From: Basidiobolus meristosporus CBS 931.73
Lineage: Eukaryota; Fungi; Basidiobolomycota
Length of the DNA: 64,000 bases
Direction of reading: 5' to 3'
Assembly: GCA_002104905.1 (NCBI GenBank)
Contig: MCFE01000193.1
Location: 62,001 to 126,000, forward strand
The notes beneath the pieces are model-generated. The model was given only the letters and a program-made list of their open reading frames with translations, did not search any database and was not told the origin of the DNA. A program made the position numbers and the translations under genes. Shown piece by piece: positions 13,683 to 25,709 of this stretch. How positions within the stretch are numbered: the stretch's first letter is position 1; each line of letters starts with the position of its first letter.

Positions 13683-14068
13683 AGACTTGTTCTGTTGGAT
13701 GGTGCCAAATGATGCCAGAGTGTGCCAAGAAGGCCAAGTGAGCCTATACTGGCCACAGAGTGTGAAATACAGCTCTGCACATTCATGCAAAGCAGCCCCT
13801 GTGTTTCACCCATTGAGCTGGAGAAAATCTATTTTTTGACCTTTCTTTTTGGATCAACATTGTTCAGGATGTGTGAGAGCATAGAAGGACTGAAGACATG
13901 CATCTGATACTCAGTACCCATGGCACTCTGAATCTAGCTCCTGTGGCTTGTATCATGTCACAAAAATGATTGGCACTATCTTGGTCCACTGGTACTATCA
14001 GGCACTATTTTTAAATATTAGCCCTAAAGTAAGACCTATATAAAGCACTTATAGTGCCAGATAGTACC
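13683..14068. mobile_element. Truncated copy of the long-TIR foldback element (one arm, spacer and start of second arm)
   Basis: Aligns with 22228-22640 with the central spacer reversed; fused directly to a truncated copia LTR at 14069. Confidence 0.8.
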
Positions 14069-15843
14069 ATAGGTTAAGGAAGGTCCCAAGAACATGTGTG
14101 CAAATTTTGGGGCTGTTTGGACAACTTTGAGAATTTTCATGTTCTGGGTACCTGGTATTTTGGTGAAAATGTTCTAAGTAAATCCCAACAAGAAATTTGG
14201 TCAGTATTCTCTAGGATTTGAAGGTAGTGATCTAAGTGACTAAGTTAGGTGAATATTTAGATGGAATTGCAAACTTTTACAACACTCCCAGTAAGCTAAA
14301 TGTTCATACTGACTAGTCCTAATTTTGACCTAAGATATTCAAGCTTGTCTCTAACTAATGGTTTGGTAAATATGTCTGCAATCATTTCATCTGAAGGACA
14401 GTGAACTGAGCTAACTAAGTTATTCTCTGTAGCTTTGTGCATGAACCAATGTCTTATATCTATGTGCTTAGTTCTAGCATGAAAAGTTGGATTTCTACCT
14501 TATTGTATACATCCTTGATTATCTTGAAATAAAGTAAGAGGAGTTTTTTGACAGAGGCCTAAATCTGTAAAAAGCTTTCTTAGCTGTATTGCTTTTTTGG
14601 TAGCTTCACAGGCTGCCATGTACTCTGCCTCTGTGTTAGGAAGTGCTATGATTGGTTGCTTTCTTGAGTTCCATGAAATTGCTCCTTTACAGTATAGACA
14701 GGTGTATCCTGTGGTGGATACTCTGTCTTCCAAGTTTTGTCCCCAATCAGCATCAGAGTATCCCACAAGATCCTGTTCTGAATCCTTATAAGCATATCCT
14801 AAGCAGATATCAGCAGTTCCTTTTGGATATCTAAAAATCTGCTTAACTGCGGCAATATGATCAGATCCATAGCTCTGATTATGCTAGCTTACAACTCCCA
14901 CTGAATATGAGATATCTGGACGTGTTCCAAGCATGATAAACATCAGACTGCCAACCATAGATTGATAAGGAAAGTCAGGGCTTTCAGATGGCACCAAGCT
15001 CTCTTGATTTGGCTGAGTTTTGACCAAGTTGAGGTTTCACTCCTTTGGGGCAGCTGCCAGTTTACAGACTTCCATTTGATACTTCTTTAGTATATCTTGA
15101 ATTTACTTGGATTTGTGTAGGGTAATAGTCTGGGTACATCTGTCTATGGAGAACTTAATTCCTAAGTAGTAACTAAGTACTCTTAGATCAGACATCTTGA
15201 ACTCCTTAGATAGGCTGGATTTAGTTTCTTCCAATGTTTCTAGGTTATTGGCGGCTATAATAAGATCATTCACATATAGAGCTAATAGAACTGGATCTGC
15301 TCTATCTGGCTTATAGTATATATGTTATGAATAGACACAAGGCAGGATGAAAAGCTAGGCATGGCAGGAAAGGACTTGGGTGTGGACCATCAAGGCAAGG
15401 CAGGATTCAAGGCAAGGCTGTTTATTCAAGACCTGTGTTTATCAGACTGAGGAATACTTAAGGGGGGATAGGACTATATATACTTTTTGGCTATATTGAT
15501 GCCGAGAGATGTTAGCTAATACTAATGGGGTTGTGGGGTGAGGCACAGCAATGGTGCTGGGGATAATGACATAGATGACATGGTACTGAGACAGGATGGG
15601 GAAATGGATTGGGTCACCTGATCATGTGACTAAGTCATGTGACCTGGTATTTCCATATATGGTACTGGACTATAAAAAATACAATGGAAAGCTTCCATGG
15701 AATGTTCCATTGTGTAACAATGATTTGGAATGGTCAGGAACTTTCTGGAAGGTGGTAGAAGGTTCCGGAAGGAATCTCTTAGAAATTGAGCTGGGAAGCT
15801 GAAACTTGGCATGGGTGTTCATGGTTGTCATGTGATCATGACA

Positions 15844-18800
15844 CTATTCTCCTCTTCCAGGCGGAGCTCTGTTTCCCTTTGGGGCAGGTTTTGCAGGATA
15901 TTGTTGGTGGAACTGGGTAACTAGTTCTTGACAATTAGTGAGATGTGTAGCTGGTTCCCATGTTTGGTCACTTGGGCCATAACCAATCCAGTCTACTAAG
16001 TAGTACAGCTTTGACCGGATATACTTGGAGTCTAGAATCTGTTTAACTTCAAATTCTTGATGTTGGTCAACCTGGATAGCTTGGGGCTTTGCTTCTTGCC
16101 GGTTTGGCAATGTGTTCCTACAATACGGCTCCAGGAGGGACACATGGAAAGTATCATGGATTTTCATACTTGCTGGTAACTGTAGCTGATATACTATAGG
16201 GCTAAGCTTCTTCTTGATCTTGAAGGGACCAAGTTTCTTGAAATCCAACTTGTCACAAGGGCGGTGTGGTAGGGTAAACATACCTCCCACAGACAAGTTT
16301 ACTCATATAGTCATTATGATATACTTATCCATATTTTATCTTATCAGTATTATCCCATTCTTCTTTTGCCCATATTATCAGTATTATCCCCATATGATGT
16401 TTACCCTGATTAGTTATTAGCATTAGTTATCCCAGATGTTATTCAGCTTTGTGATCAGTATATGTATCTATATAAGGCAAGTACCCGCGTCAGTACCCGT
16501 GACACATGACCTAGGTCTGTGTTACCATCTCTACCATTTCAATACCATATATGGTATTTCTATGTTGCACAGGTTTCAGACTACTGATTCCTGATTGGTT
16601 GAGAGTGCTGTGCCTTTTAGAACCTTCCAGGACATTCTTGGCATATTTTAGCTCATAGTGATGTCATCAAGAGTTCCACTGATACCTAGAATCTTCTAGA
16701 ACCTTGTCATTAGTAATCGCTTGGCAATCAGGAAAAGTATTTAAGGGAAAGCAATCCCTCATCAATAAATCATCCCTTCTATCAGTAACACTTCTACCTT
16801 ATTGATTAGCAGTTGATCACTGCACCTGCCTTCAACAGTACATCTCAGACCTGCCATCAAGGAGCTTTTCAGGGTAGTGCACAAGACACACAGAGGCCTT
16901 TGGAGACACTTGGAGCACCTAGGAAGCTAGAGAAGCAGGAGCTTTTACCATAGAGACATACTGACAAAGACACCAGCAGTTTAGACCCAGAGGTTATTGG
17001 ACCTATCAGACACCTCACACACCTTGAGTTGTGTAGCTTCTCCCAGGAGTACCTCTACACCACCACAGCGGTTGGTGCTGATGTTTCTTCTGAGCAACCA
17101 TACAGAATCTCCTTCATGAAGATCAGGGCTGGGATGCCGTTTTAGATTGGCAAATTTCTTGTAGCTTTCCTGAGCTAAGAATAGCTCTTCCTTAAGGGTG
17201 CTCTGGATGTCCTGGATTGCTTGGGCATGTTCAGCCGCATGTGGGCTCATTGGGTTTGTTGGAATCTGGGTATCAAACTGAGGGTGGAATCCATAGTTTG
17301 CATAGAATGGTGTAAAACCGGTTGCACTATGACTTGAGTTGTTGTAGGCAAACTCAGCAACAGGGAGTAGGTCAACCCAATTGTCTTGCTGGTAATTGAT
17401 ATAGCACCGGAGGTATTGCTCCAGAATCTGGTTGATTCTTTCAGTCTGGCCATCAGACTGTGGATGGAAGGCAGTAGAGAGCTTGACTTGAACACCAAGG
17501 TATTGCATGAAGTGTTTCCAAAACTTGGACACAAACTGTGGGCCTCTATCTGACACAATATCACTGGGGATACCATGAAGGCGGAAAATATTCTTCAGGA
17601 CTAAAGCAGCAGTTTCTTTTGCATCAGTGTTCTTACAGCAAGGGATGAAGTGAGCCATCTTGGTCAGCCGGTCAGCCACTACAAGTATAGCATTGAAGCC
17701 ACATGACTCAGGGAGGTCAGTAATGAAGTCCATAGATATAGATCTCCATTGGTGTTCTGGGATAGGCAGGGGTTGAAGAAGTCCATAGGGCTGGTGTCTG
17801 GCTGGTTTTGCACGGTTGCAAATATCACAAGTCAGAATGTACTCTTTGATAAGAGTTATCATTCTAGGCCACCAGAAATCTCTTTTGATAGCATTCAAGG
17901 TTTTGGCAGTACCAAAGTGGCCTGCAGCCTTTGAATCATGCCGAGACTTAATGATGTCTAGCTGGGTGGCAAGGTCTGGGACATAAAGCTGCTGCTTGTG
18001 GTAGATGAGGTTGTTTACCAAATGCAGGTTCTGGATGTTTGGGAACTTGGGAGGGGGCCCAACTGGGGATTCCAGATATTTCTTGATGCTGCTGGAAGTC
18101 ATATCAGAGGCCTGGGACTCTGATATCCTTACTAGGAATGAAGGGATGACAAGCCTTGAGGACTGGGTGGCAAGAATCTCAAAATGTTTCTTGCTCAGCA
18201 ATGGGTGTTCCATTTGCCGACAGGCATCATCTCCCTCTTCCAGGGCATATTCCTTTTTTCTGGACAGGGCATCAGGCTTTCCTTGCTTTGCACCAGGTCT
18301 ATAGGTGATAGTAAAGTCAAAGCTGGACAGGAAGAGTGACCATCTGGCTTGTCTCCGGTTTAGTACTTTGGAAGTTGCAAAGTACTCAAGGTTCTTATGG
18401 TCACAGAAGACTTTGATTTTGTGTTTAGCACCATCCAGGTAGTGTCTCCATTGCTCAAAGGCTACAATGATGGCAAGCAACTCCTTATCATAGATATCAT
18501 AGTTGATCTCTGCAGGGGAAAACTTCCGAGAGTAGAATGCAATGGGGTGCAACACATTGTCCTCATCATACTGGGAGAGTATGGCACCAAGGGCAAAATC
18601 AGAAGCATCAGTCTCCACTATGAATTGCTTCTCAAGGTCAGGGTGGGCAAGCAGGGGGGCCTTCAGGAAAGATTTCTTAAGTTGGTTGAATGAGGTGGAT
18701 TGCTCCTCATTCCAGGCAAAAGGTGTGTTCTTCTGGGTTAGCTTTGTCAGAGGGGTGACTATCTTGGAGTAGTTGGCTATGAACCTGCGATAGAAGTTGG

Positions 18801-20199
18801 CAAATCCCAGGAAGGATTGTACTTCCTTGACTGAGCTTGGAGTTTTCCAGGACTGGACTGAGTCAACTTTCTTTGGGTCCATTCTTGTTCCCTCAGGGCT
18901 GATGAGGTAACCAAGAAGTTCCACTTCTCTCTGGTCAAATTCACACTTCTCTAACTTGGCATAGAGACCGGCAGAGTCTAGTTTTCTCAATACTTTCTTG
19001 ACATGTTCATCATGTTCATCTTGGCTCTTGGAGTATATGAGAATATCATCAAGGTAGATTACCACAAACTGGTCAAGGTATTCACGGAATATAGCATTCA
19101 TGAGGTGTTGAAACACAGCAGGGGCATTGGTTAGGCCAAATGGCATTACTTTGTACTCAAAGTGACCATATCTTGTGCAAAAGGCAGTTTTCCATTCATC
19201 ACCAGGCTTGATTCTGACAAGATTGTAAGCTCCTCTCAAGTCTATCTTGGTGAAGACTTGGGCAGCAGATAGCTGATCCAACAGTGTGTTGATCAGGGGC
19301 AGGGGGTAGCGGTTCTTGACTGTGATCTTATTCAAAGCACGGTAGTCCACACACATTTTGAGGGTGCCATCCTTCTTCTTGACAAAGAGGATTGGGGCTC
19401 CAGCAGGTGATTTGGAGTGCTGAATAAAACCCTTCTGGAGGTTTTCTTGAATATAACCATGGAGTTCTTTCAACTCCGGCTGGGAGAGGTTATATATTGG
19501 GCCAAATGGAGGGACTTTTCCATCTTCAAGGTCAATAGGGCAGTCATAAGGCCGATGGTCAGGGAGGAGTTCTGCTTTCTTCTTGTCAAAGACATGGGCA
19601 AACTCTTGGTACTTGGCTGGTATGTTTGCTGAGGGGGCTCCTTCAGCTGGCAAGGTATCTTGGGCTGTTGAACTGTTGGCAACAGTCTTTTCACGGTTAT
19701 CAGGGTCTGGAGACTTCATGGAGTTGACTTGGTGGGATCTGGTGAATGACAGGATCTTGGATTTCCAATCAATACTTGGATTGTGATAAATCAGCCATGA
19801 ACTTCCAAGCACAATAGGATAGTGTGGTGAGTTGATGATGTTGAAGGCGATTCTTTCTTGGTGGGCAGTACTGGACAGCTGGAGTAAGCATGTTTCATGG
19901 GTAACGGCACCAGAGGAGAGTGATCTTCCATCAATAACTTCTACTTGGACTGGACAGGATTTCAAGGTAACAGGAATAGAGTGCTTCTGGACAAAGGCTT
20001 GGTCAATGAAACAGGATGAAGCACCGGAATCAATCAGGGCTAGGGCTGGGACAGGCCTGGAGTCAGGGATCTGGATTTTGACAGGCATTCTCAAGGACTG
20101 GATAGATTTTGTGGCAAAGGAAGATTCTTGGATATGCTGGATTTTCATGGGTGGGTCCAGTTGCAAGCCTGTCAGTGCAACTGGACATTGGAGTTTCCC
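15844..20199 (-). CDS. Chromovirus pol (PR-RT-RH-IN-chromodomain), split near the integrase C-terminus by a solo LTR
   Basis: Open 1061-aa frame with LIDSGA, YLDDILI, ETDASD, H-H-C-C zinc motif, ISMDFIT and SDRGPQF. After removing 16265-17067 it continues as NRPCDKLDFKKLGPF...FEVKQILD...YLVDWIGY...TWEP (chromodomain). Confidence 0.9.
16265..17067 (+). repeat. Solo LTR (803 bp) of a third gypsy-like family inserted in the chromovirus integrase
   Basis: TGTGGT...ACCACA termini; 4-bp TSD GCGG (16261-16264, 17068-17071); excision restores the TNRPCD reading frame. Confidence 0.88.
20155..20199 (-). promoter_or_regulatory. -1 programmed ribosomal frameshift signal between gag and pol
   Basis: G GGA AAC heptamer in gag frame, 6-nt spacer, then perfect 11-bp stem GTCCAGTTGCA/TGCAACTGGAC with a 10-nt loop. 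pol is in the -1 frame. Confidence 0.85.
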
Positions 20200-21104
20200 A
20201 ACAGATCTGAATCGGGTTGGTTACTGGAGGACTGCATCAGCTTGAGGCTGGACTTCTTGTTGGGGCAGGACTTGGCAAAGTGACCTGGTTGGCCACAGTA
20301 TAGACAGAGGTTGGCTTGTTGACGTCTGGACTTTTCACTCTTTGATAGTTTCTTGTATTTGACACTATCAATCTGCATAGGATCTTCTGGAGTGACTTGG
20401 GGAGCAGGAAGGGCTGGGACTGCAACAGGAATGTGTCTTTGACGATTCTTTTGCTTCTTCTGGAATAGTCTGTTATCACACCGGATTGCCTGGTGCATAG
20501 CTTCAACCAATGTATCTGGATCTGGGAGTGTGAGTAGCAGATCACAAACTTCATCATTAGGGCCATCTTGGAATTGGCTTATCAAGGCTGCTTGACCCCA
20601 GGAGCTGAGGTCACTGGAGAGTTGTCGGAATTCTGAGGCATAGGCTGATGCTGGTTTGTTCCCTTGTTTGAGGGTCTTGATCTTGTTGGCAGCAGTTCTG
20701 GCTTGGTCAAGGTTACCAAATGTTAGCTCCATTTCAGTGAGAAATGCTTGGTAGTCTCTGAGTAGGGGAGAGTTGGTCTCCACTAATGGGGAGAACCACT
20801 TGAGAGCTGTACCAGTAAGCAGGTTGGAGATGAAACCAACTTTGGCCTGGTCAGTGGGGTACCGGTTAGGCTGGAGTGCAAGATTATTCTTCACCATGTT
20901 GATGAAGCCACAGAATTCATTCTGAGAGCCATTGAACTTGGTAGCAGGAGTATACTTGGGTTCTTGGTAGACTGGGACATGGCTAGTTTGCTGGACACTT
21001 TGGTTCTGGAACTGAGCAAGAGTGTTTCTGAGGTCTGCATGGTCTTGCTGCAGTTGGGTAAAGGCAGCCATGAGCTGGGCAAAGTTCAGCTCTAGGTTGG
21101 ACAT
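20172..21104 (-). CDS. Chromovirus Gag (intact, 310 aa)
   Basis: MSNLELNF...; retrotransposon-gag core (KVGFISNLLTGTALKWF) and zinc knuckle CLYCGQPGHFAKSC. Confidence 0.92.
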   Translation of the reverse strand: MSNLELNFAQLMAAFTQLQQDHADLRNTLAQFQNQSVQQTSHVPVYQEPKYTPATKFNGSQNEFCGFINMVKNNLALQPNRYPTDQAKVGFISNLLTGTALKWFSPLVETNSPLLRDYQAFLTEMELTFGNLDQARTAANKIKTLKQGNKPASAYASEFRQLSSDLSSWGQAALISQFQDGPNDEVCDLLLTLPDPDTLVEAMHQAIRCDNRLFQKKQKNRQRHIPVAVPALPAPQVTPEDPMQIDSVKYKKLSKSEKSRRQQANLCLYCGQPGHFAKSCPNKKSSLKLMQSSSNQPDSDLLGNSNVQLH

Positions 21105-21497
21105 GGTAGCAGAGGAAGGCGGATGAACTTGCAAGGAATACTGGAATATACTAAACTAGATTGTGGGTTTGTAAAGCCACTAGTATGTCAAGAATACAAC
21201 TATTGAGCCACAATCCCCAACTTAAATAAGTTAGCGTCACTTCAGAAGGTACTGGTTTCAACGCCCTTTGATAGAGTATTGTACTAAAGCTTCCAATACT
21301 GTAACAACTGTAAACTCCACCAGCAGGGTAATAAAGTGAATGCAGCTTTGACCAATAGTTTTACAAAGATAAAGTATCTTTGCCTTTATAGGACAAGACT
21401 AGGGAAAGATGATGGGTGATACTTACGGTGAGTATTCCTTTTACAAGTTTTCTTCAAACTTTGGACAGAAGGCAGGGATCCACAGGTAAGTCAGGAG

Positions 21498-21510
21498 AGT
21501 CTGATAAAAC
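21498..21510 (-). promoter_or_regulatory. Self-priming primer-binding site (Tf1 type)
   Basis: GTTTTATCAGACT immediately after the 5' LTR is complementary over 11 nt to AGTCTGATAAA (21619-21609), about 27 nt downstream of the LTR TATA box. Confidence 0.75.
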
Positions 21511-22227
21511 TGTTATGAATAGACACAAGGCAGGATGAAAAGCTAGGCATGGCAGGAAAGGACTTGGGTGTGGACCATCAAGGCAAGGCTGTTTATTCAA
21601 GACCTGTGTTTATCAGACTGAGGAATACTTAAGGGGGGATAGGACTATATATACTTTTTGGCTATATTGATGCCGAGAGATGTTAGCTAATACTAATGGG
21701 GTTGTGGGGTGAGGCACAGCAATGGTGCTGGGGATAATGACATAGATGACATGGTACTGAGACAGGATGGGGAAATGGATTGGGTCACCTGATCATGTGA
21801 CTAAGTCATGTGACCTGGTATTTCCATATATGGTACTGGACTATAAAAAATACAATGGAAAGCTTCCATGGAATGTTCCATTGTGTAACAATGATTTGGA
21901 ATGGTCAGGAACTTTCTGGAAGGTGGTAGAAGGTTCCGGAAGGAATCTCTTAGAAATTGAGCTGGGAAGCTGAAACTTGGCATGGGTGTTCATGGTTGTC
22001 ATGTGATCATGACAATATACTATAGTCAGCATTACTTCTTTTGAAACTCAAAGATTCCAAATAAGAATCTATCTTGCAATTCCAGGCTCTCAGTGATTGT
22101 TTGAGACCATATAGTGACTTTTTCAGTTTTCAGACCAAATTGGGGTTATCTTGGGCAACAAGCCCATCAGGATGGTCCATATACATATCCTCATTAAGTG
22201 ATGCATTCAAAAATGCAGTTTTGCATT

Positions 22228-22960
22228 AGACTTGTTCCGTTGGATAGTGCCACAATGAGCCATGAGTGCCAAATAGTGTCATTGCGTGCCAGAGAGGCAT
22301 AGCAGACCTAAACTTGGCCCCAGAGTATGAAACATAGCTCTTCATCTTCATGCAGAGCAGCCCCTGTGTTTCACCTATTGTGTTGGAGAAAATCCATTTT
22401 TTGACCTTTTTTTTTGGATCAGTGTTGTGTATGATGCATAAGAGGACAGAAGGACCAATGACATGTATCTGGTACTCAATACACATGGCACTCTGAATCT
22501 AGCTCCTGTAGCTTGTATCATGTCATAAAAGTGAATGGCACTATCTTGGTCCACTGGTACTATCTGACACTATAAGTGCTTTATATAGGCCTTACTTTAG
22601 GGCTAATATTTAAATATAGTGCCAGATAGTACCAGTGGACCAAGATAGTGCCATTCACTTTTATGACATGATACAAGCTACAGGAGCTAGATTCCGAGTG
22701 CCATGGGTATTGAGTACCAGGTGCATGTCTTCAATTCTTCTGTGCCCTTACACATCCTGCACTACATTGATCAAAAAAAAAGGTCAAAAAATGGATTTTC
22801 TCCAACACAATAGGTGAAACACAGGGGCTGCTCTGCATGAAGATGAAGAGCTATGTTTCACACTCTGTGGCCAAGTTTAGGCTCACTTGGCCTCCCTGGC
22901 ATGCTATGGCATCATTTGGCACTCATGGCTCAATGTGGCACTATCCACCGGAACAAGTCC
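22228..22960. mobile_element. Non-autonomous foldback/MITE (733 bp, ~345-bp inverted arms, ~40-bp spacer)
   Basis: Near-palindromic with AGACTTGTTCC...GGAACAAGTCC ends; 3-bp TSD ATT; removal restores the copia RT sequence. Confidence 0.92.
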
Positions 22961-25709
22961 ATTCATTTGATTAATAAAAAACTTGTATTTGGCTGCAATA
23001 GCCATTATCAATCTGATGGAATTAAACTTGCCTACCAGTGCAATGGTCTCAGTATGGTTAGTTCCCTTTGTTTGAGAGTATCCTTTGTCCACAAGTCTTG
23101 ATTTGTATCTATCAATTGTGCCATCAGCTTTGTATTTTGTCTTGAAGACCCATCTGCATCCAATAGACTCTTGGTTGATTGGGAATTTGACCAAGTCCCA
23201 AGCTTAATTTTCCATCAGGGCCTGATATTCCTCAGTCATTGCAGATCTCCAAGACTTTGTCTGAGGGCTATTTAGGGCCTCTTTTACAGTATGGGGTTCA
23301 TCAATATGGACAATATGGACTGATTAGGCATAGGCTAACTTTGTACCCTCATTGCTGAAGTAATTTGGGCTATTTCTTGCCCAATTGGATCTTTGGGCAT
23401 TTGATACTAGAATGATCACTTCTGGGATATTCCTGGGCACTGATTCTGGCTGAACCACAGTTGTAGAGACCTCTGGAGTGAAAAACATTCATTGTTTTGC
23501 CCTGATTCAATCCTGAAAATTTGTGGACTTGAGATCAAATATTTATCATCATCCAATGTCATTTTTTGTGAAAATTTGGAATTTTCATCAAACAGCACAT
23601 CCCTGGACTTGATTAGCTTCTTTGCTTTGGTATTGTTGAGTCTGTATGCTTTACTTTCATTGCAGCAACCCAATAATATGTATTTTACACTTTTGGCTCA
23701 AATTTTGACTGATTTCCAGGCAGTTTGTTGGCAGATGCTGTGCACCCAAATATTCTTAGATGTTCTGCACTTGGTCTGTACCCACACCATGCTTCAAATG
23801 GAGTAGAATGACAAAGTATTCTGTTATAACTCCTATTTTTAAGGTATACAGCAGTGGCAACAGATTCCACCCAAAAATCATGGGATAATTTTTGATCATG
23901 GATCATGGATCTTGCCATATCAATTATTGATCTGTTAGCATGTTCTGCTACTCCATTTTGCTGTGGGAAGTATGGTACAGAGGTCTAATGCTTTGTCCCA
24001 TGAATTTTGCAGAAGTGCATGAGGAGTTTGGAGGTATATTCTCCACCATTGTCAGCGTATATTCTCTTGATTTTTCACCAGTTTCTCTCTCCACCATGAC
24101 TTTAAACTCCCTGAGCTTAGACAGAGCTTCTTCCTTTCTCTCCATGAAGTAGCCCTATGTGTATCTTGTATAATCATCAATCAAAGTGATCATATTTTTC
24201 ATCCTGTCTAAGAATAAATTTTGTATAGGTCCACAGAGATCTGAGTCAATTAGATCTAATTTTTTCTTTGTTTTGATTAACCCAGTGCTCTTGAACAGTT
24301 GTCTGGCTTGTTTCCCATATATGCAGGCTTCACAATGCTCCAAACTAGCTGGGTGATCAATTTTCACTCCAGAAATTAGCTGATCTTTGACCATTTTACA
24401 CAAATAATCAAAATTGATGTGCCCAAATCTCCTGTGCCAAAGCATTGGTATTCCTTCATGTAAGTTACCTATATTGGCTTCCAAATATGATGGAATATAA
24501 GTCAACTTGTATAGATTCTTATCTCCGATACCCAAAGTAATATGGGCACCATTTTGATCAGTGATCTTGCATCCAGAATTGTCAAAGTTGAAACTGTGTC
24601 CTTCTGCAGTGGCCTTGCTTACAGATAGTATGTTCTTGGCTATTTCTGGTACATAGAGTACTTCTTTAAAGGTCAGTGTATGGCTTCCTTCACTGCTTCT
24701 AAGGTCTACTTGGCAGGTTCCTTCTCCCACTGTATCAAGTGTTCTATTGTCACACATGAAAACCTTCTTAATTGGAATTTCTTGATATTGGGTAAAAAGT
24801 TCTTTTTGGTGTGTAAAGTGTTGAGAAGCTCCAGGGTCAATATACCACGTCTGAGAATCCTTGTTTGTGGTCATATTTAGTGCAGATATGGATAGTCTAT
24901 CTTCAGTTGTTACAGCATTTCCATATTCAGGCTTTTTCTCCAGACTATCTTTCTTTTTGAAGCTCAGGTCTGATGTGTGTCCTTTCCTTTTGCAGTAGTT
25001 GCAAAATAGGTTGCTGTTGCCTTTGTAGGGTATTGGGTACCTCCTTTGTTGGTTATCATTGCTTATTGAAGCATTTTCTTCTTCCTTCTTATTGGTGCTT
25101 GATTTTCTTAATTTTTCATCCAAGAGCCTTCCATATATGTAATTTAAGGCCAAGTCTTTGGTTCTGGACACTAGGGCTGATTCAATGCCCTGAAACTTGT
25201 CTGTCAGGCTATTCAGGATGGTAACTATCATATCCTCATCAGTAGTTGGTATGCCCACAGATTCCATTTAATCTACAAGCAGGGTAATTCTGTTAATTAG
25301 ATTTTTCATTTCCTCTCCTGGCTGCATCTTTGTAGTAAAATATTTTTATCTCAGATACATTTTCTTAGCAGCTGAACATGGCTGGTAGGTGTCTTTTAAT
25401 ACCTTCCAGGCATTCTTTGCCATTTTTGCTCTTGAGCATTGAATTAGCAATTTGTCTTTAACATTAAGGCAAATGCAGTTAAAGGCACATGGTTCTTTCT
25501 TCTGGTACTATGCGGCTTCCTCTCCTGCATTTTTAGTAGGGCATTCTTCTACCATGACAATATCCCAAAGGCCTCTTTTTTGTAGCAGCATCTTCATCCT
25601 CACCTTCCACACCTGGTAGTTAGATCCATCCAACTTTTCAGCAGAGGAAAAAGTTCCAGTAATAGCAGTGGTAGACATTGCAGAGATTGACTGCTTGGGG
25701 CCCATAACC

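Larger units (their letters stand above)
15323..22014 (-). mobile_element. Young Ty3/gypsy chromovirus (Tf1/sushi-like)
   Basis: LTRs 15323-15843 and 21511-22014 look identical except for a 17-bp indel between CAAGGCAAG repeats. 5-bp TSD ATATA inside copia RT; PPT GGAAGAGGAGAATAG; gag, pol and chromodomain present. Confidence 0.96.

Noticed and set aside
21103-21115. TGGTAGCAGAG resembling a tRNA-Met PBS
   Set aside because: It is on the strand opposite the element and overlaps the gag start context, not adjacent to an LTR; coincidence.
15596-21983. Duplicated short ORFs MGKWIGSPDH... and MPSFSFPAQF...
   Set aside because: They lie inside the two LTRs; duplication reflects LTR identity, not genes.
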